A DNA stretch of 60,484 nt, taken from assembly GCA_023266875.1 (NCBI GenBank), contig JAHFOJ010000004.1, positions 1-60,484 on the forward strand. The letters are read 5' to 3'. Position 1 is the stretch's first letter. Every line of letters starts with the position of its first letter. The DNA is from Candidatus Giovannonibacteria bacterium. Lineage in GTDB: Bacteria > Patescibacteriota > Minisyncoccia > JACPKW01 > UBA11713. Below the pieces are notes generated by a model. The model saw only the letters and a list, made by a program, of their open reading frames with translations, was not told the origin of the DNA and did no database searches. The position numbers and the translations under genes are program-made. This document shows, piece after piece, positions 35,977 through 44,727 of the stretch.

Positions 35977-37611
35977 ATGACTAACCCAAGGTTTATTTTT
36001 GTTATTGGTGGCGTGATGTCGGGCATTGGAAAAGGCATTGCTACTTCAAGCATCGCGCGGATATTAAAGTCAAAAGGATACCGCGCCACTTGCGTCAAAA
36101 TTGATCCGTATTTAAATGTTGATGCAGGAACTATGAATCCGATTGAGCATGGGGAGGTTTTTGTGACCGATGACGGGATGGAGACTGATCAGGATATTGG
36201 CAACTACGAAAGATTTTTGGGAGAAAACATTCTCGCTTCAAATTACATGACCTCCGGGTCAGTTTATATGTCGGTTCTTTCCCGCGAACGTTCGCTCGGG
36301 TACGGCGGAAAATGCGTTCAGGTTGTTCCTCACATACCAGAAGAGGTTATTAGGCGGCTTTCGATAGTGTCTAAAAAAACGAAAGCCGATTTTATTTTGG
36401 TTGAAATCGGCGGGACAGCCGGAGAGTATGAAAATATTTTATTTTTGGAAGCTGCTCGCATGATGCATCTTCGGCATCCTAATAATATTCTTTTCATCCT
36501 TTTGAGTTATCTCCCTATTCCGGCAAAAATTGGCGAGATGAAGACCAAGCCGACGCAACATGCTGTCCGCGCCTTGAATTCCGTTGGGATTCAACCAGAT
36601 TTCATTATCGCGCGTGCGGAAGCTTCTCTTGATGAGCCGCGAAAAGAAAAACTTTCCATGTTTTGTAACGTTAGTCCGAAAGATATAATCTCTGCCCCGG
36701 ATGTCGAGAGCATTTATCAAGTACCGCTAAATTTGGAAAAGGAGCGGATTGGAGACAAAATATTGAAGAAGTTCGGGATGAAAACAACAGTCCGCGATCT
36801 AAAAGATTGGTCGCGGATGTCGCACCGCGCGTTTTTCTCGAAGAAAAAAGTTAAGATAGGGATTGTCGGTAAATACTTTCAGACAGGCAATTTTACGCTT
36901 GCCGATTCTTATATATCCGTAATAGAAGCTCTGAAGCACGCGTCGTGGTTTCTAAATTGCCAGCCAGAAATTTTGTGGCTGGATGCAGAAACATACGAAA
37001 AAGATTCAAAGAAAATGAAAATTGAACTTTCAGATGTCGCCGGAATTTTGGTGCCGGGCGGTTTTGGGGCGCGCGGAATCGAGGGCAAGATTAAAGCAAT
37101 TGAATTTGCCAGAAAAACAAAAAAGCCTTATTTCGGGCTCTGTTACGGTATGCAGCTTGCGGTTGTTGAATTCGCGCGTCATATCGCGGGAATGGCTGGA
37201 GCGAATACGACCGAGGTTAATCCAAAAACAAAATATCCGGTTATTGATGTTATGGCTGCGCAGAAAGAAAAAATTTTTGTGGGGAAGATGGGCGGATCTA
37301 TGCGGCTTGGAGCGTTTGATTGCCGTCTTAAAGAAAACACAATCGCCCGCCGCGCGTACGCGGAGCGGACAATATCCGAGAGACATCGGCATCGATATGA
37401 ATTTAATAGTGCGCTTCAGACTGTTCTTGAATCCAAAGGCCTTGTTGTCTCCGGAGTTAACCCCGAATCCAATCTTGTTGAAATTATTGAGCTCCGAGAT
37501 CATCCGTTTTTCATCGGTACGCAGTTTCATCCGGAATTTAAATCGCGCGCGCTCGAGCCTCACCCGCTTTTTATTGAATTCATAAAAGCTTGCCTGAATT
37601 ACCAGAAGTAG
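35977..37611 (+). CDS. pyrG: CTP synthase
   Basis: IFVIGGVMSGIGKG N-terminus and the glutaminase domain GLCYGMQ .. HRHRYE. Start placed at the ATG 12 nt inside the ORF-track TTG. Confidence 0.95.
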   Translation: MTNPRFIFVIGGVMSGIGKGIATSSIARILKSKGYRATCVKIDPYLNVDAGTMNPIEHGEVFVTDDGMETDQDIGNYERFLGENILASNYMTSGSVYMSVLSRERSLGYGGKCVQVVPHIPEEVIRRLSIVSKKTKADFILVEIGGTAGEYENILFLEAARMMHLRHPNNILFILLSYLPIPAKIGEMKTKPTQHAVRALNSVGIQPDFIIARAEASLDEPRKEKLSMFCNVSPKDIISAPDVESIYQVPLNLEKERIGDKILKKFGMKTTVRDLKDWSRMSHRAFFSKKKVKIGIVGKYFQTGNFTLADSYISVIEALKHASWFLNCQPEILWLDAETYEKDSKKMKIELSDVAGILVPGGFGARGIEGKIKAIEFARKTKKPYFGLCYGMQLAVVEFARHIAGMAGANTTEVNPKTKYPVIDVMAAQKEKIFVGKMGGSMRLGAFDCRLKENTIARRAYAERTISERHRHRYEFNSALQTVLESKGLVVSGVNPESNLVEIIELRDHPFFIGTQFHPEFKSRALEPHPLFIEFIKACLNYQK

Positions 37612-38372
37612 AAATTACAAGAAGAGAGCTTAAACCTTTCTTGGTCGGCAAGCGCATTTTGGGTTTAGATGGAAGAAAAATCTTAAGGCTTGAACGGAGA
37701 GGAAAGGCGATTTTGATTTATCTTTCCGGCGGAAAAATTCTCGCTTTTCATCAGAGAATGAGCGGGAAATTACTCGTTGTGGATCGTAAGTTTCAGGATA
37801 AACACATAAGATTTAGATATAAGTTATCATCCGGGAAAGATTTGATAATGCACGATGTCCGAAAATTTGGGATAAAGTGGTATGGCGCCCGGAATGAAGT
37901 ATTGGATGATAAATATTTTCTCAAACTTGGATATGATCCGCTCGAAATTAATTTTAGAAGATTTAAGGATCTTTTGGGAAAACACCAAGGCATGATAAAG
38001 CCAATGCTTTTGCGCCAAAATATCTTAGCGGGAATCGGAAATATAATTGCCGACGAGAGTTTATGGAAAGCGAGAATTAATCCAAAAAAAAGAATGGAAA
38101 ACTTCAGCGAAAAAGATTTTAGGGATTTATTTTTTGCAATTTTATTTATTTTAAGAAAGTCGATTCGCTTGGGAGGTTCGAGCATGCGCGATTGGCTGCG
38201 TCCTGACAGCTCAAAGGGCGGATATTTTAAGCGAAGGCTGGTTTATGGGAGAGCTGGGGAAAAATGCGGGAGATGCGGTAAAATGATTATAAGAACAAAA
38301 GTTGGCGGCAGGGGGACTTTTATCTGTGAATTATGCCAGCCAGACCTGCCTGCCGAAGGCAGGGGCTGGTAA
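37590..38372 (+). CDS. mutM: Formamidopyrimidine-DNA glycosylase
   Basis: (M)PELPEVE N-terminus (TTG start) and the C-terminal zinc finger CGRCG....CELCQ. Confidence 0.9.
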   Translation: MPELPEVEITRRELKPFLVGKRILGLDGRKILRLERRGKAILIYLSGGKILAFHQRMSGKLLVVDRKFQDKHIRFRYKLSSGKDLIMHDVRKFGIKWYGARNEVLDDKYFLKLGYDPLEINFRRFKDLLGKHQGMIKPMLLRQNILAGIGNIIADESLWKARINPKKRMENFSEKDFRDLFFAILFILRKSIRLGGSSMRDWLRPDSSKGGYFKRRLVYGRAGEKCGRCGKMIIRTKVGGRGTFICELCQPDLPAEGRGW

Positions 38373-38378
38373 ACCAAA

Positions 38379-39008
38379 ATGGTTGAAATAATCCCGGCGA
38401 TTAACGCCGAAAGTTTTGAAGAGGTTAAGGAAAAAACTATGCAGATTGAAGCGCATGCGAAGTGGGTCCATATTGATATTGCGGATGGAACTTTCACTAC
38501 CAATACGCTTTGGCATGAACCGCGCGACTTGGCTGGGCTCAAAACCAAACTTAAAATTGAGGTTCATTTAATGCTCGCGGACATGGACTTGCGCTGGCCT
38601 GATTGGATTTTACCGAATGTCTCAAGGGTAATTTTTCATTTGGAGGGCGCGCATGATCCGGCGTTTGTGATAAAAAAAATAAAAGAAGCAGGGAAAAAAG
38701 TTGGACTTGCAATTCGTCCTGAAACACCGTGGCAGCACGCGGAACCGTATCTAAAGCATGTTGATTTGATTCAAACGCTTGCTGTCGTTCCTGGTGAAGC
38801 AGGACAAGAATTTCGTCCCGAGATTTTAGATAAGATTTCTCACTTACGCGCGAGTCATTCAGAGGCTATAATTGAAGTAGATGGGGGGATTAATCCTAAA
38901 ACGGCGATACAGTGTATTTACGCAGGCGCGAACATCTTAGTTTCCGCGAGTTATATTTTTAATTCAGATAATATTAAAAAAGCAATTGAGGAGTTAACAA
39001 ATTTGTGA
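38379..39008 (+). CDS. rpe: Ribulose-phosphate 3-epimerase
   Basis: Rpe-like TIM barrel (HIDIADG.F..N, VDGGIN) within a pentose-phosphate gene context. Confidence 0.85.
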   Translation: MVEIIPAINAESFEEVKEKTMQIEAHAKWVHIDIADGTFTTNTLWHEPRDLAGLKTKLKIEVHLMLADMDLRWPDWILPNVSRVIFHLEGAHDPAFVIKKIKEAGKKVGLAIRPETPWQHAEPYLKHVDLIQTLAVVPGEAGQEFRPEILDKISHLRASHSEAIIEVDGGINPKTAIQCIYAGANILVSASYIFNSDNIKKAIEELTNL

Positions 39009-39865
39009 GCCATTTACACGAAGAAAAAATTAAATTTTTGGAAGAAAAAGCGAATGCGGTTCGGCAGTCGATTATTGAGATGCTGGTTGAGGCGGGGAGC
39101 GGGCATACGGCGGGGCCTTTGGGAATGGCGGATGTTTTTACAGCTTTTTATTTTCATATTTTAAACCATAATCCTAAAAATCCGGACTGGCCCGAGAGAG
39201 ATCGCCTTGTTTTATCAAACGGTCACATTTGCCCCGTGCAATATGCAACTCTTGCGCACGCGGAATATTTTCCAATCGAGGAATTAAAAACTTTGCGAAA
39301 ATTCGGAACGCGTTTGCAGGGGCATCCCCATCGCGGTTCATTGCCGGGGGTAGAAACAACCTCTGGCCCCTTAGGCTCCGGCCTTGGCCAAGCCGCTGGG
39401 ATGGCTTATGGCGCGCGCCTCGACAGCAAAAAATTCAGGACATATTGTTTTATGTCGGACGGCGAGCAGGACGCTGGTAATACATGGGAGGCGGTAATGT
39501 TTGCCGGAAAATATAAATTGAATAATTTGACCGGAATCATCGATCGCAACAATATTCAGATAGATGGGATGACTGAAGATATTATGCCACTTGAAAACCT
39601 CCGAGCAAAATACGAAGCGTTTAATTGGCATGTTTTGGAAATCGACGGGCATAATTTTGAAGAAATTGTAAATGCAGCGGAAGAAGCCAAGGCGATCTAT
39701 GAAAAACCAACTGTGATCATTGCCCATACTATTCCCGGAAAAGGTATTAAAGAGATAGAATTTAATTATCGGTGGCATGGTATGCCGCCAAACAAAGTCG
39801 AGGCTGTGAAGTTCTTGTCCGAGCTTCGCACGCTAGGCGGAAAAATTAAAAGCGAACACCAATAA
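39005..39865 (+). CDS. tkt: Transketolase, N-terminal (TPP-binding) subunit
   Basis: Split-type Tkt N-subunit: GHTAGPLGMAD, SNGH and SDGEQDAGNTWEA. Confidence 0.9.
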   Translation: MSHLHEEKIKFLEEKANAVRQSIIEMLVEAGSGHTAGPLGMADVFTAFYFHILNHNPKNPDWPERDRLVLSNGHICPVQYATLAHAEYFPIEELKTLRKFGTRLQGHPHRGSLPGVETTSGPLGSGLGQAAGMAYGARLDSKKFRTYCFMSDGEQDAGNTWEAVMFAGKYKLNNLTGIIDRNNIQIDGMTEDIMPLENLRAKYEAFNWHVLEIDGHNFEEIVNAAEEAKAIYEKPTVIIAHTIPGKGIKEIEFNYRWHGMPPNKVEAVKFLSELRTLGGKIKSEHQ

Positions 39866-39880
39866 TAGAAATTAGATGAT

Positions 39881-40093
39881 ATGAAAGGGAATGTTTTAAA
39901 TGATTCAATAAGAACGAAGTTATATTTCGTTGTTTTTTTTCTCTTCTCATCATATTTGGCGGTAATAATCTACACTGCATATTACGATGCATATGCTGAC
40001 GACTTTGTAACAATAGGAGGTATGAGAGTTTTCCGCCCTCACGCCGGACGCACGAATTCAAACTTAGCTTCGACAACGGATTTATATCAATAA
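39881..40093 (+). CDS. Hypothetical small membrane protein
   Basis: ORF with one TM helix, in an AT-rich insert between the tkt subunit genes. Confidence 0.35.
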   Translation: MKGNVLNDSIRTKLYFVVFFLFSSYLAVIIYTAYYDAYADDFVTIGGMRVFRPHAGRTNSNLASTTDLYQ

Positions 40094-40095
40094 TT

Positions 40096-40317
40096 ATGGG
40101 GCCAGATTCCCACGAAGGATTTTTAAATAAGAATTTTAGTAAGGCATCGGTCATTATCATTTTTATATCTCTGATAGTTTTTTTGATCACGGAATTCTAT
40201 ATCCTAAAAAAAGTTAATTATTATAGAAGCGTTTTACACACATATGAGACAAAAGATTATCTTGTTAATTTGCGGAATATTTTAAAAGAGGGTCATACCA
40301 AACAAAAGCAACAATGA
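40096..40317 (+). CDS. Hypothetical small membrane protein
   Basis: ORF with one TM helix, tightly packed against its neighbours. Confidence 0.35.
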   Translation: MGPDSHEGFLNKNFSKASVIIIFISLIVFLITEFYILKKVNYYRSVLHTYETKDYLVNLRNILKEGHTKQKQQ

Positions 40318-41072
40318 CGAAAGATGTCAAAAAAATTTTAATAGTATGGATTGCGGTCTTCATAGTTTTTTCGGCAATAGTTTTTCAATATGAAAAGCAA
40401 AATCCCAGCGAGAATAGGATAGTTTGCACCCAAGAAGCCAAACAATGTTCCGACGGTTCATATGTATCTCGCACCGGCCCGAATTGCGAATTTAGAGAGT
40501 GTCCCATTTTACCGAAGTCGGACTTCGGTATTTCGGATGTCTCAACATGGAAAACCTATCGCAACGAAAAATACGGGTTTGAAGTGAAGTATCCGTCTGA
40601 CTTGGTTGAATTGGTTGGCAAAGAAAGAGATAGATACGCTTATATTCCGATTTGTGATCTAAATGACGAGCTTTGTCTTTCGTATCCGTTTAAAAAATTT
40701 TTAGGAACAAATTTTGCCGGAGCCGCGTTCTCGGTAAAATCAGAAAGCATCCCTGAAGATGCTTGTAATAAATTAAGCGCGCAATGGCCTGAGAAAAAAG
40801 AAGGCATAGTTTCTGTAAACGGAATTAATTTTTCGTTTGGACGGTTCAGCGATGGCGCCACACAGCATTCTATTGCAGGCACTGAATACGCTACGTATAG
40901 AAATGGAAAGTGCCTCGAAATTTTTAATGCGGTCGAGAAAGTTTCTTATGATCCTGCAGGAGCAATTAATGAGAATAGTAAACAATTATATAGAGATTTT
41001 ACGCAAACCGAAGAGAATAATATTTTTGATGAGTTAAAAAATATCCTCTCTACTTTTAAATTTATAAAATAA
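40314..41072 (+). CDS. Hypothetical membrane-anchored protein with a Cys-rich linker
   Basis: TM helix, CTQEAKQCSDGSYVSRTGPNCEFRECP module and a beta-rich C-terminal domain. Confidence 0.6.
   Translation: MTKDVKKILIVWIAVFIVFSAIVFQYEKQNPSENRIVCTQEAKQCSDGSYVSRTGPNCEFRECPILPKSDFGISDVSTWKTYRNEKYGFEVKYPSDLVELVGKERDRYAYIPICDLNDELCLSYPFKKFLGTNFAGAAFSVKSESIPEDACNKLSAQWPEKKEGIVSVNGINFSFGRFSDGATQHSIAGTEYATYRNGKCLEIFNAVEKVSYDPAGAINENSKQLYRDFTQTEENNIFDELKNILSTFKFIK
40510..40530. repeat. GAAGTC-G-GACTTC palindrome family, copy 1 (inside a CDS)
   Basis: TACCGAAGTC G GACTTCGGTA: perfect 10-bp arms. It encodes LPKSDFG. Confidence 0.8.
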
Positions 41073-41073
41073 T

Positions 41074-42111
41074 ATGCCAATAAATCCGAAGCAAAAATTA
41101 GCAGAAAATATTCTAGATCTTGCGAAGGTGGAGCAAGCGCCAACGCGCAAGGGTTACGGGGAGGGGTTGCTTGAAGCTGGGGAGAAGAATGACAAAGTTG
41201 TGGCGCTTTGCGCCGATCTTACCGAATCCACCCAGATGCATCTTTTTGCGAAAAAATTTCCGGAGCGGTTTATTGAAATGGGCGTAGCCGAGCAAAATAT
41301 GGCTACGGTAGCTTCAGGGCTTGCGAATTATGGAAAAATTCCCTTTATCTCGAGTTATGCGATGTTTAGTCCTGGAAGAAATTGGGAGCAGATTAGGACG
41401 ACGATTTGTTATAACAATGTTCCCGTAAAAATTGCCGGATCTCATTCCGGAGTTTCCGTTGGACCGGACGGAGCAACGCATCAGGCGATCGAGGATATTG
41501 CTTTAATGCGCCCAATTCCGAATATGACAGTTATTAATCCGTGCGACGCAATTGAAGCAAAAAAAGCGACAATGTCGGCTGCGGGAATTAATGGGCCGGT
41601 TTATTTGAGATTTCACCGCGAAAAAACCCCTGTGTTTACGAGTCCAGATACGCCTTTTGAAATTGGTAGAGCAGAAGTTATGTTTGATTCTAATATCGAA
41701 GTCGGACTTCAATATCGAAGTCGGACTTCAATTAGGCTTGATGTTGCTATAATCGCGTGCGGTCCTTTGGTTCATAATGCAATTCTTGCCGCAGCAGAAT
41801 TGGAAAAAGAAGGAATGGGAATTGTTGTTGTAAACAATCACACAATCAAACCGATGGATGAGGCGACAATTATTCAAGCCGCGAAAGATGCCGGCGCGGT
41901 CGTTACCGTTGAAGAGCACCAAGTTCAGGGAGGAATGGGCTCGGCCGTCGCGGAGATTATCGCAAAAAATTACCCGGTTCCGATTGAGTTTATCGGAGTC
42001 CAAAATTGTTTCGGCGAATCCGGCGCGCCTGGCGAGCTTATTGAGCACTTCGGCATGAGTGTAAAGTGCATAAAGGATGCGGCGATGAAAGCTATATCTA
42101 GAAAGACTTAA
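41074..42111 (+). CDS. tkt: Transketolase, C-terminal (pyrimidine-binding) subunit
   Basis: Split-type Tkt C-subunit: FIEMGVAEQNM, GPDGATHQAIEDIA and TIKPMDE. Confidence 0.9.
   Translation: MPINPKQKLAENILDLAKVEQAPTRKGYGEGLLEAGEKNDKVVALCADLTESTQMHLFAKKFPERFIEMGVAEQNMATVASGLANYGKIPFISSYAMFSPGRNWEQIRTTICYNNVPVKIAGSHSGVSVGPDGATHQAIEDIALMRPIPNMTVINPCDAIEAKKATMSAAGINGPVYLRFHREKTPVFTSPDTPFEIGRAEVMFDSNIEVGLQYRSRTSIRLDVAIIACGPLVHNAILAAAELEKEGMGIVVVNNHTIKPMDEATIIQAAKDAGAVVTVEEHQVQGGMGSAVAEIIAKNYPVPIEFIGVQNCFGESGAPGELIEHFGMSVKCIKDAAMKAISRKT
41692..41729. repeat. GAAGTC-G-GACTTC palindrome family, tandem 19-nt x2 copy inside tkt C-subunit
   Basis: AATATCGAAGTCGGACTTC appears twice in tandem. It is translated as IEVGLQYRSRTS, so the two copies are read in different frames. 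Confidence 0.85.
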
Positions 42112-42180
42112 ATGATGAACAAATTTGTATTGGCCAAACTTTATTTAGTGGTTATGCATTTTCAAATGATGTCAGGGATG

Positions 42181-42186
42181 TATAAT
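42181..42186 (+). promoter_or_regulatory. TATAAT box 6 nt before ATG 42193
   Basis: TATAAT-TAATAC-ATG. Confidence 0.4.
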
Positions 42187-42192
42187 TAATAC

Positions 42193-42264
42193 ATGGATCC
42201 ATTTTCGACGGTATTTTTGCTCTCGCTTGTCGGGGGCGTAATCGCTGTAACTCTCCTAGCGTAG
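42193..42264 (+). CDS. Candidate 23-aa hydrophobic micro-protein
   Basis: MDPFSTVFLLSLVGGVIAVTLLA: a single TM-like segment with leaderless-type promoter spacing. Not in the ORF track because it is too short. Confidence 0.3.
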   Translation: MDPFSTVFLLSLVGGVIAVTLLA

Positions 42265-42273
42265 ATTTAGTTA

Positions 42274-43263
42274 ATGAAGGGTTACGATTTCATAGCTATA
42301 GGCGATACTGTAACCGACGCCTTTATTCGAATTAAAGAGGCGTCGGTTTCTTGCGATATCAATAAAGAAAATTGCCAGATCTGCATGCGGTTTGCGGATA
42401 AAATTCCTTATGAGTCGGTTACTGTTGTCCCGGCGGTCGGCAATAGCGCGAATGCCGCTGTTGCCGCGGCGCGCTTAGGGCTAAAAAGCGCTTTGGGGAG
42501 CGATATTGGCGGCGATTACTTTGGGACGGAGTGCCTTAACGCGCTTAAGAGCGAAAAAGTAGGAACGGATTTTGTCAAAGTCCATAAAGACGCTAAAACC
42601 AATTACCACTATGTTTTATGGTACGAAGATGAAAGGACGATATTGATAAAACACGAAGAGTATGATTATAGCTTGCCGGATTTCGGCGACCTAGAATGGA
42701 TTTATTTTTCTTCAATGGGGGAGAATTCGCTCGATTTCCATTTTGCGCTCGAAAAATATCTGCGAGATCATGCAAAAATAAAATTAGTTTTTCAGCCCGG
42801 GACTTACCAAATTAAATTTGGCCGCGTAATGCTCGCTGGAATTTATGAGCGAACAGAAGTTTTTATTTCCAATAAAGATGAAGCCCAGCGGATTTTAGAC
42901 ACCCGCGAGGAGGACGCAAAAAAATTGATAGCCATGATGCATGAGATCGGCCCTAAGATTGTTGTTGTTACGGATGGTCCGAAAGGAGCTTACGCTTATG
43001 ACGGTGAAACAGCTTGGTTTATGCCGCCATATCCCGATCCAAAACCTCCTTTTGAACGCACCGGGGCAGGAGATGCTTTCTCATCGACGTTTGCGGTGGC
43101 GCTCGCGCTTGGCATGAGCGTTCCTGACGCGCTTCGCTGGGCGCCGATAAATTCCATGTCTGTTGTGCAGTATGTTGGAGCTCGAGAAGGTTTACTTTCT
43201 CGCAGAAAACTTGAAGAATATTTGGCAAATGCCCCGGCAGATTATCAGCCTAAGAAAATATGA
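42274..43263 (+). CDS. PfkB-family carbohydrate/nucleoside kinase
   Basis: N-terminal GD..D pattern and the C-terminal TGAGDAF motif of the ribokinase/PfkB family. Confidence 0.85.
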   Translation: MKGYDFIAIGDTVTDAFIRIKEASVSCDINKENCQICMRFADKIPYESVTVVPAVGNSANAAVAAARLGLKSALGSDIGGDYFGTECLNALKSEKVGTDFVKVHKDAKTNYHYVLWYEDERTILIKHEEYDYSLPDFGDLEWIYFSSMGENSLDFHFALEKYLRDHAKIKLVFQPGTYQIKFGRVMLAGIYERTEVFISNKDEAQRILDTREEDAKKLIAMMHEIGPKIVVVTDGPKGAYAYDGETAWFMPPYPDPKPPFERTGAGDAFSSTFAVALALGMSVPDALRWAPINSMSVVQYVGAREGLLSRRKLEEYLANAPADYQPKKI

Positions 43264-43826
43264 ATAAAATATGGTTATTTTCCGGGATAATTATTTTTGT
43301 CATAATTTTGGCTATTGGGTATAGCGCTTATGGATATTTCAGTTTTTACAACAAAAAAAATCAGTGCATTGATAAAATTCACAATATGCCAATAAAAACC
43401 TCTATTTATATCAGTCAGAATACAAATGAGAACGATATTATAGCTTTAGAAACTAAATTGAAGCAGATAGAAAAAATGAACGTGGTTTTACAGTCGCCGG
43501 AAGAAATTAAAGAAGATTTTATCAGGAACCATAGTCAAAATAAATTAATATTAGATTCCCTTCAAGAGTTAAAGGAAAGTCCATTTTCATATACATTTCA
43601 AATTAGCTTCAATTACAAAGATGCAGATATTGTGGTTCCACAAATAAATAAGTTTATAGAGGAGAACGAATTTAAATTAGATAAGGCATTGGGGGCAGAT
43701 ATTGCTTTTTCAGAAAAAAAACGGCTCTTGGATTCGTTTTCTAAATTAAGTTTTTTTGATAAACCTACAGAATATTTAAAATTGGGTGCAAATGATAAAT
43801 TTTGGAAATCGTATTGTGGAATATAG
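43260..43826 (+). CDS. Hypothetical membrane-anchored protein
   Basis: ORF with an N-terminal TM helix. Its start overlaps the kinase stop (ATGA). Confidence 0.55.
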   Translation: MNKIWLFSGIIIFVIILAIGYSAYGYFSFYNKKNQCIDKIHNMPIKTSIYISQNTNENDIIALETKLKQIEKMNVVLQSPEEIKEDFIRNHSQNKLILDSLQELKESPFSYTFQISFNYKDADIVVPQINKFIEENEFKLDKALGADIAFSEKKRLLDSFSKLSFFDKPTEYLKLGANDKFWKSYCGI

Positions 43827-43832
43827 TTATTT

Positions 43833-44696
43833 ATGATGCTCGGTGAAATTTTTAATCAAGCTTTGGCGGAAGGCTGGTCAACCGGCCATTTTAATTTTTC
43901 GGAATCAGATCAGGCTCGTGCAATTTGCGAAGCCGCGAAAGAGGTTGGCGCCGTCGCGTTCATCGGCACATCTGAAGGCGAAGCAAGACATTTGGGTTAT
44001 GGGGTTGCAGTAGCTCTTCGCGATGCATTTCGCGCCGAGCTTGGAATTCCAATCTTTTTAAATTCAGACCATCACAAAAGCGTGGATTCGGCGAAGCGTG
44101 CGCTTGAAGCCGGATATGATTCGATTCATATCGATCTTTCTGCAAAATCATTTGAGGAAAATTTAGCTGGCACGAAAGAAATTGTGGTTCTAGCTCGAGC
44201 GAATGACAGAGAAATTAATGTCGAAGGCGAGTTGGGCTATCTCCGCGGTGATTCAAAAATCCAAAAAGAAAAAATCGAAGTAAAGCCGGAAGATTATACT
44301 GATCCAGAAAAGGCTGCCGAATTTGTTAAAAAAACCGGCGTAAACCGTTTGGCGATCGCTGTAGGGAATATCCACGGCATTTCATTAGATGAGCCGAATT
44401 TGGATATTGAAAGGATTAAGAAGATCCGCGCTGCGGTTCCGATCGGAGTGGCGCTGGTGCTTCATGCAGGTTCCGGGATTCCGGATAACCAAATCAAAGC
44501 TGCGATTGCCGCGGGCATCGCAAATATCCACATCAATACAGACATTCGGCTTGCATATGCAAAAGCGCTCCGCGATGCGCTTAAAGAAACTGACGAGACC
44601 ACGCCGTATAAATTTGATGTTCCTGCACGCGAAGCATTGAAAACAATGGTAAAAGAAAAATTAAAATTTTTCGGAGCCAGAATTAAAACGGGTTGA
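43833..44696 (+). CDS. fba: Class II fructose-/tagatose-bisphosphate aldolase
   Basis: Class II aldolase pattern: FN..n.e......A.e....a...tSeG, DH and LVLHAGSG. Confidence 0.85.
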   Translation: MMLGEIFNQALAEGWSTGHFNFSESDQARAICEAAKEVGAVAFIGTSEGEARHLGYGVAVALRDAFRAELGIPIFLNSDHHKSVDSAKRALEAGYDSIHIDLSAKSFEENLAGTKEIVVLARANDREINVEGELGYLRGDSKIQKEKIEVKPEDYTDPEKAAEFVKKTGVNRLAIAVGNIHGISLDEPNLDIERIKKIRAAVPIGVALVLHAGSGIPDNQIKAAIAAGIANIHINTDIRLAYAKALRDALKETDETTPYKFDVPAREALKTMVKEKLKFFGARIKTG

Positions 44697-44727
44697 TTCT
44701 TGCAATAATCTGTAGTATATTTCTTAA

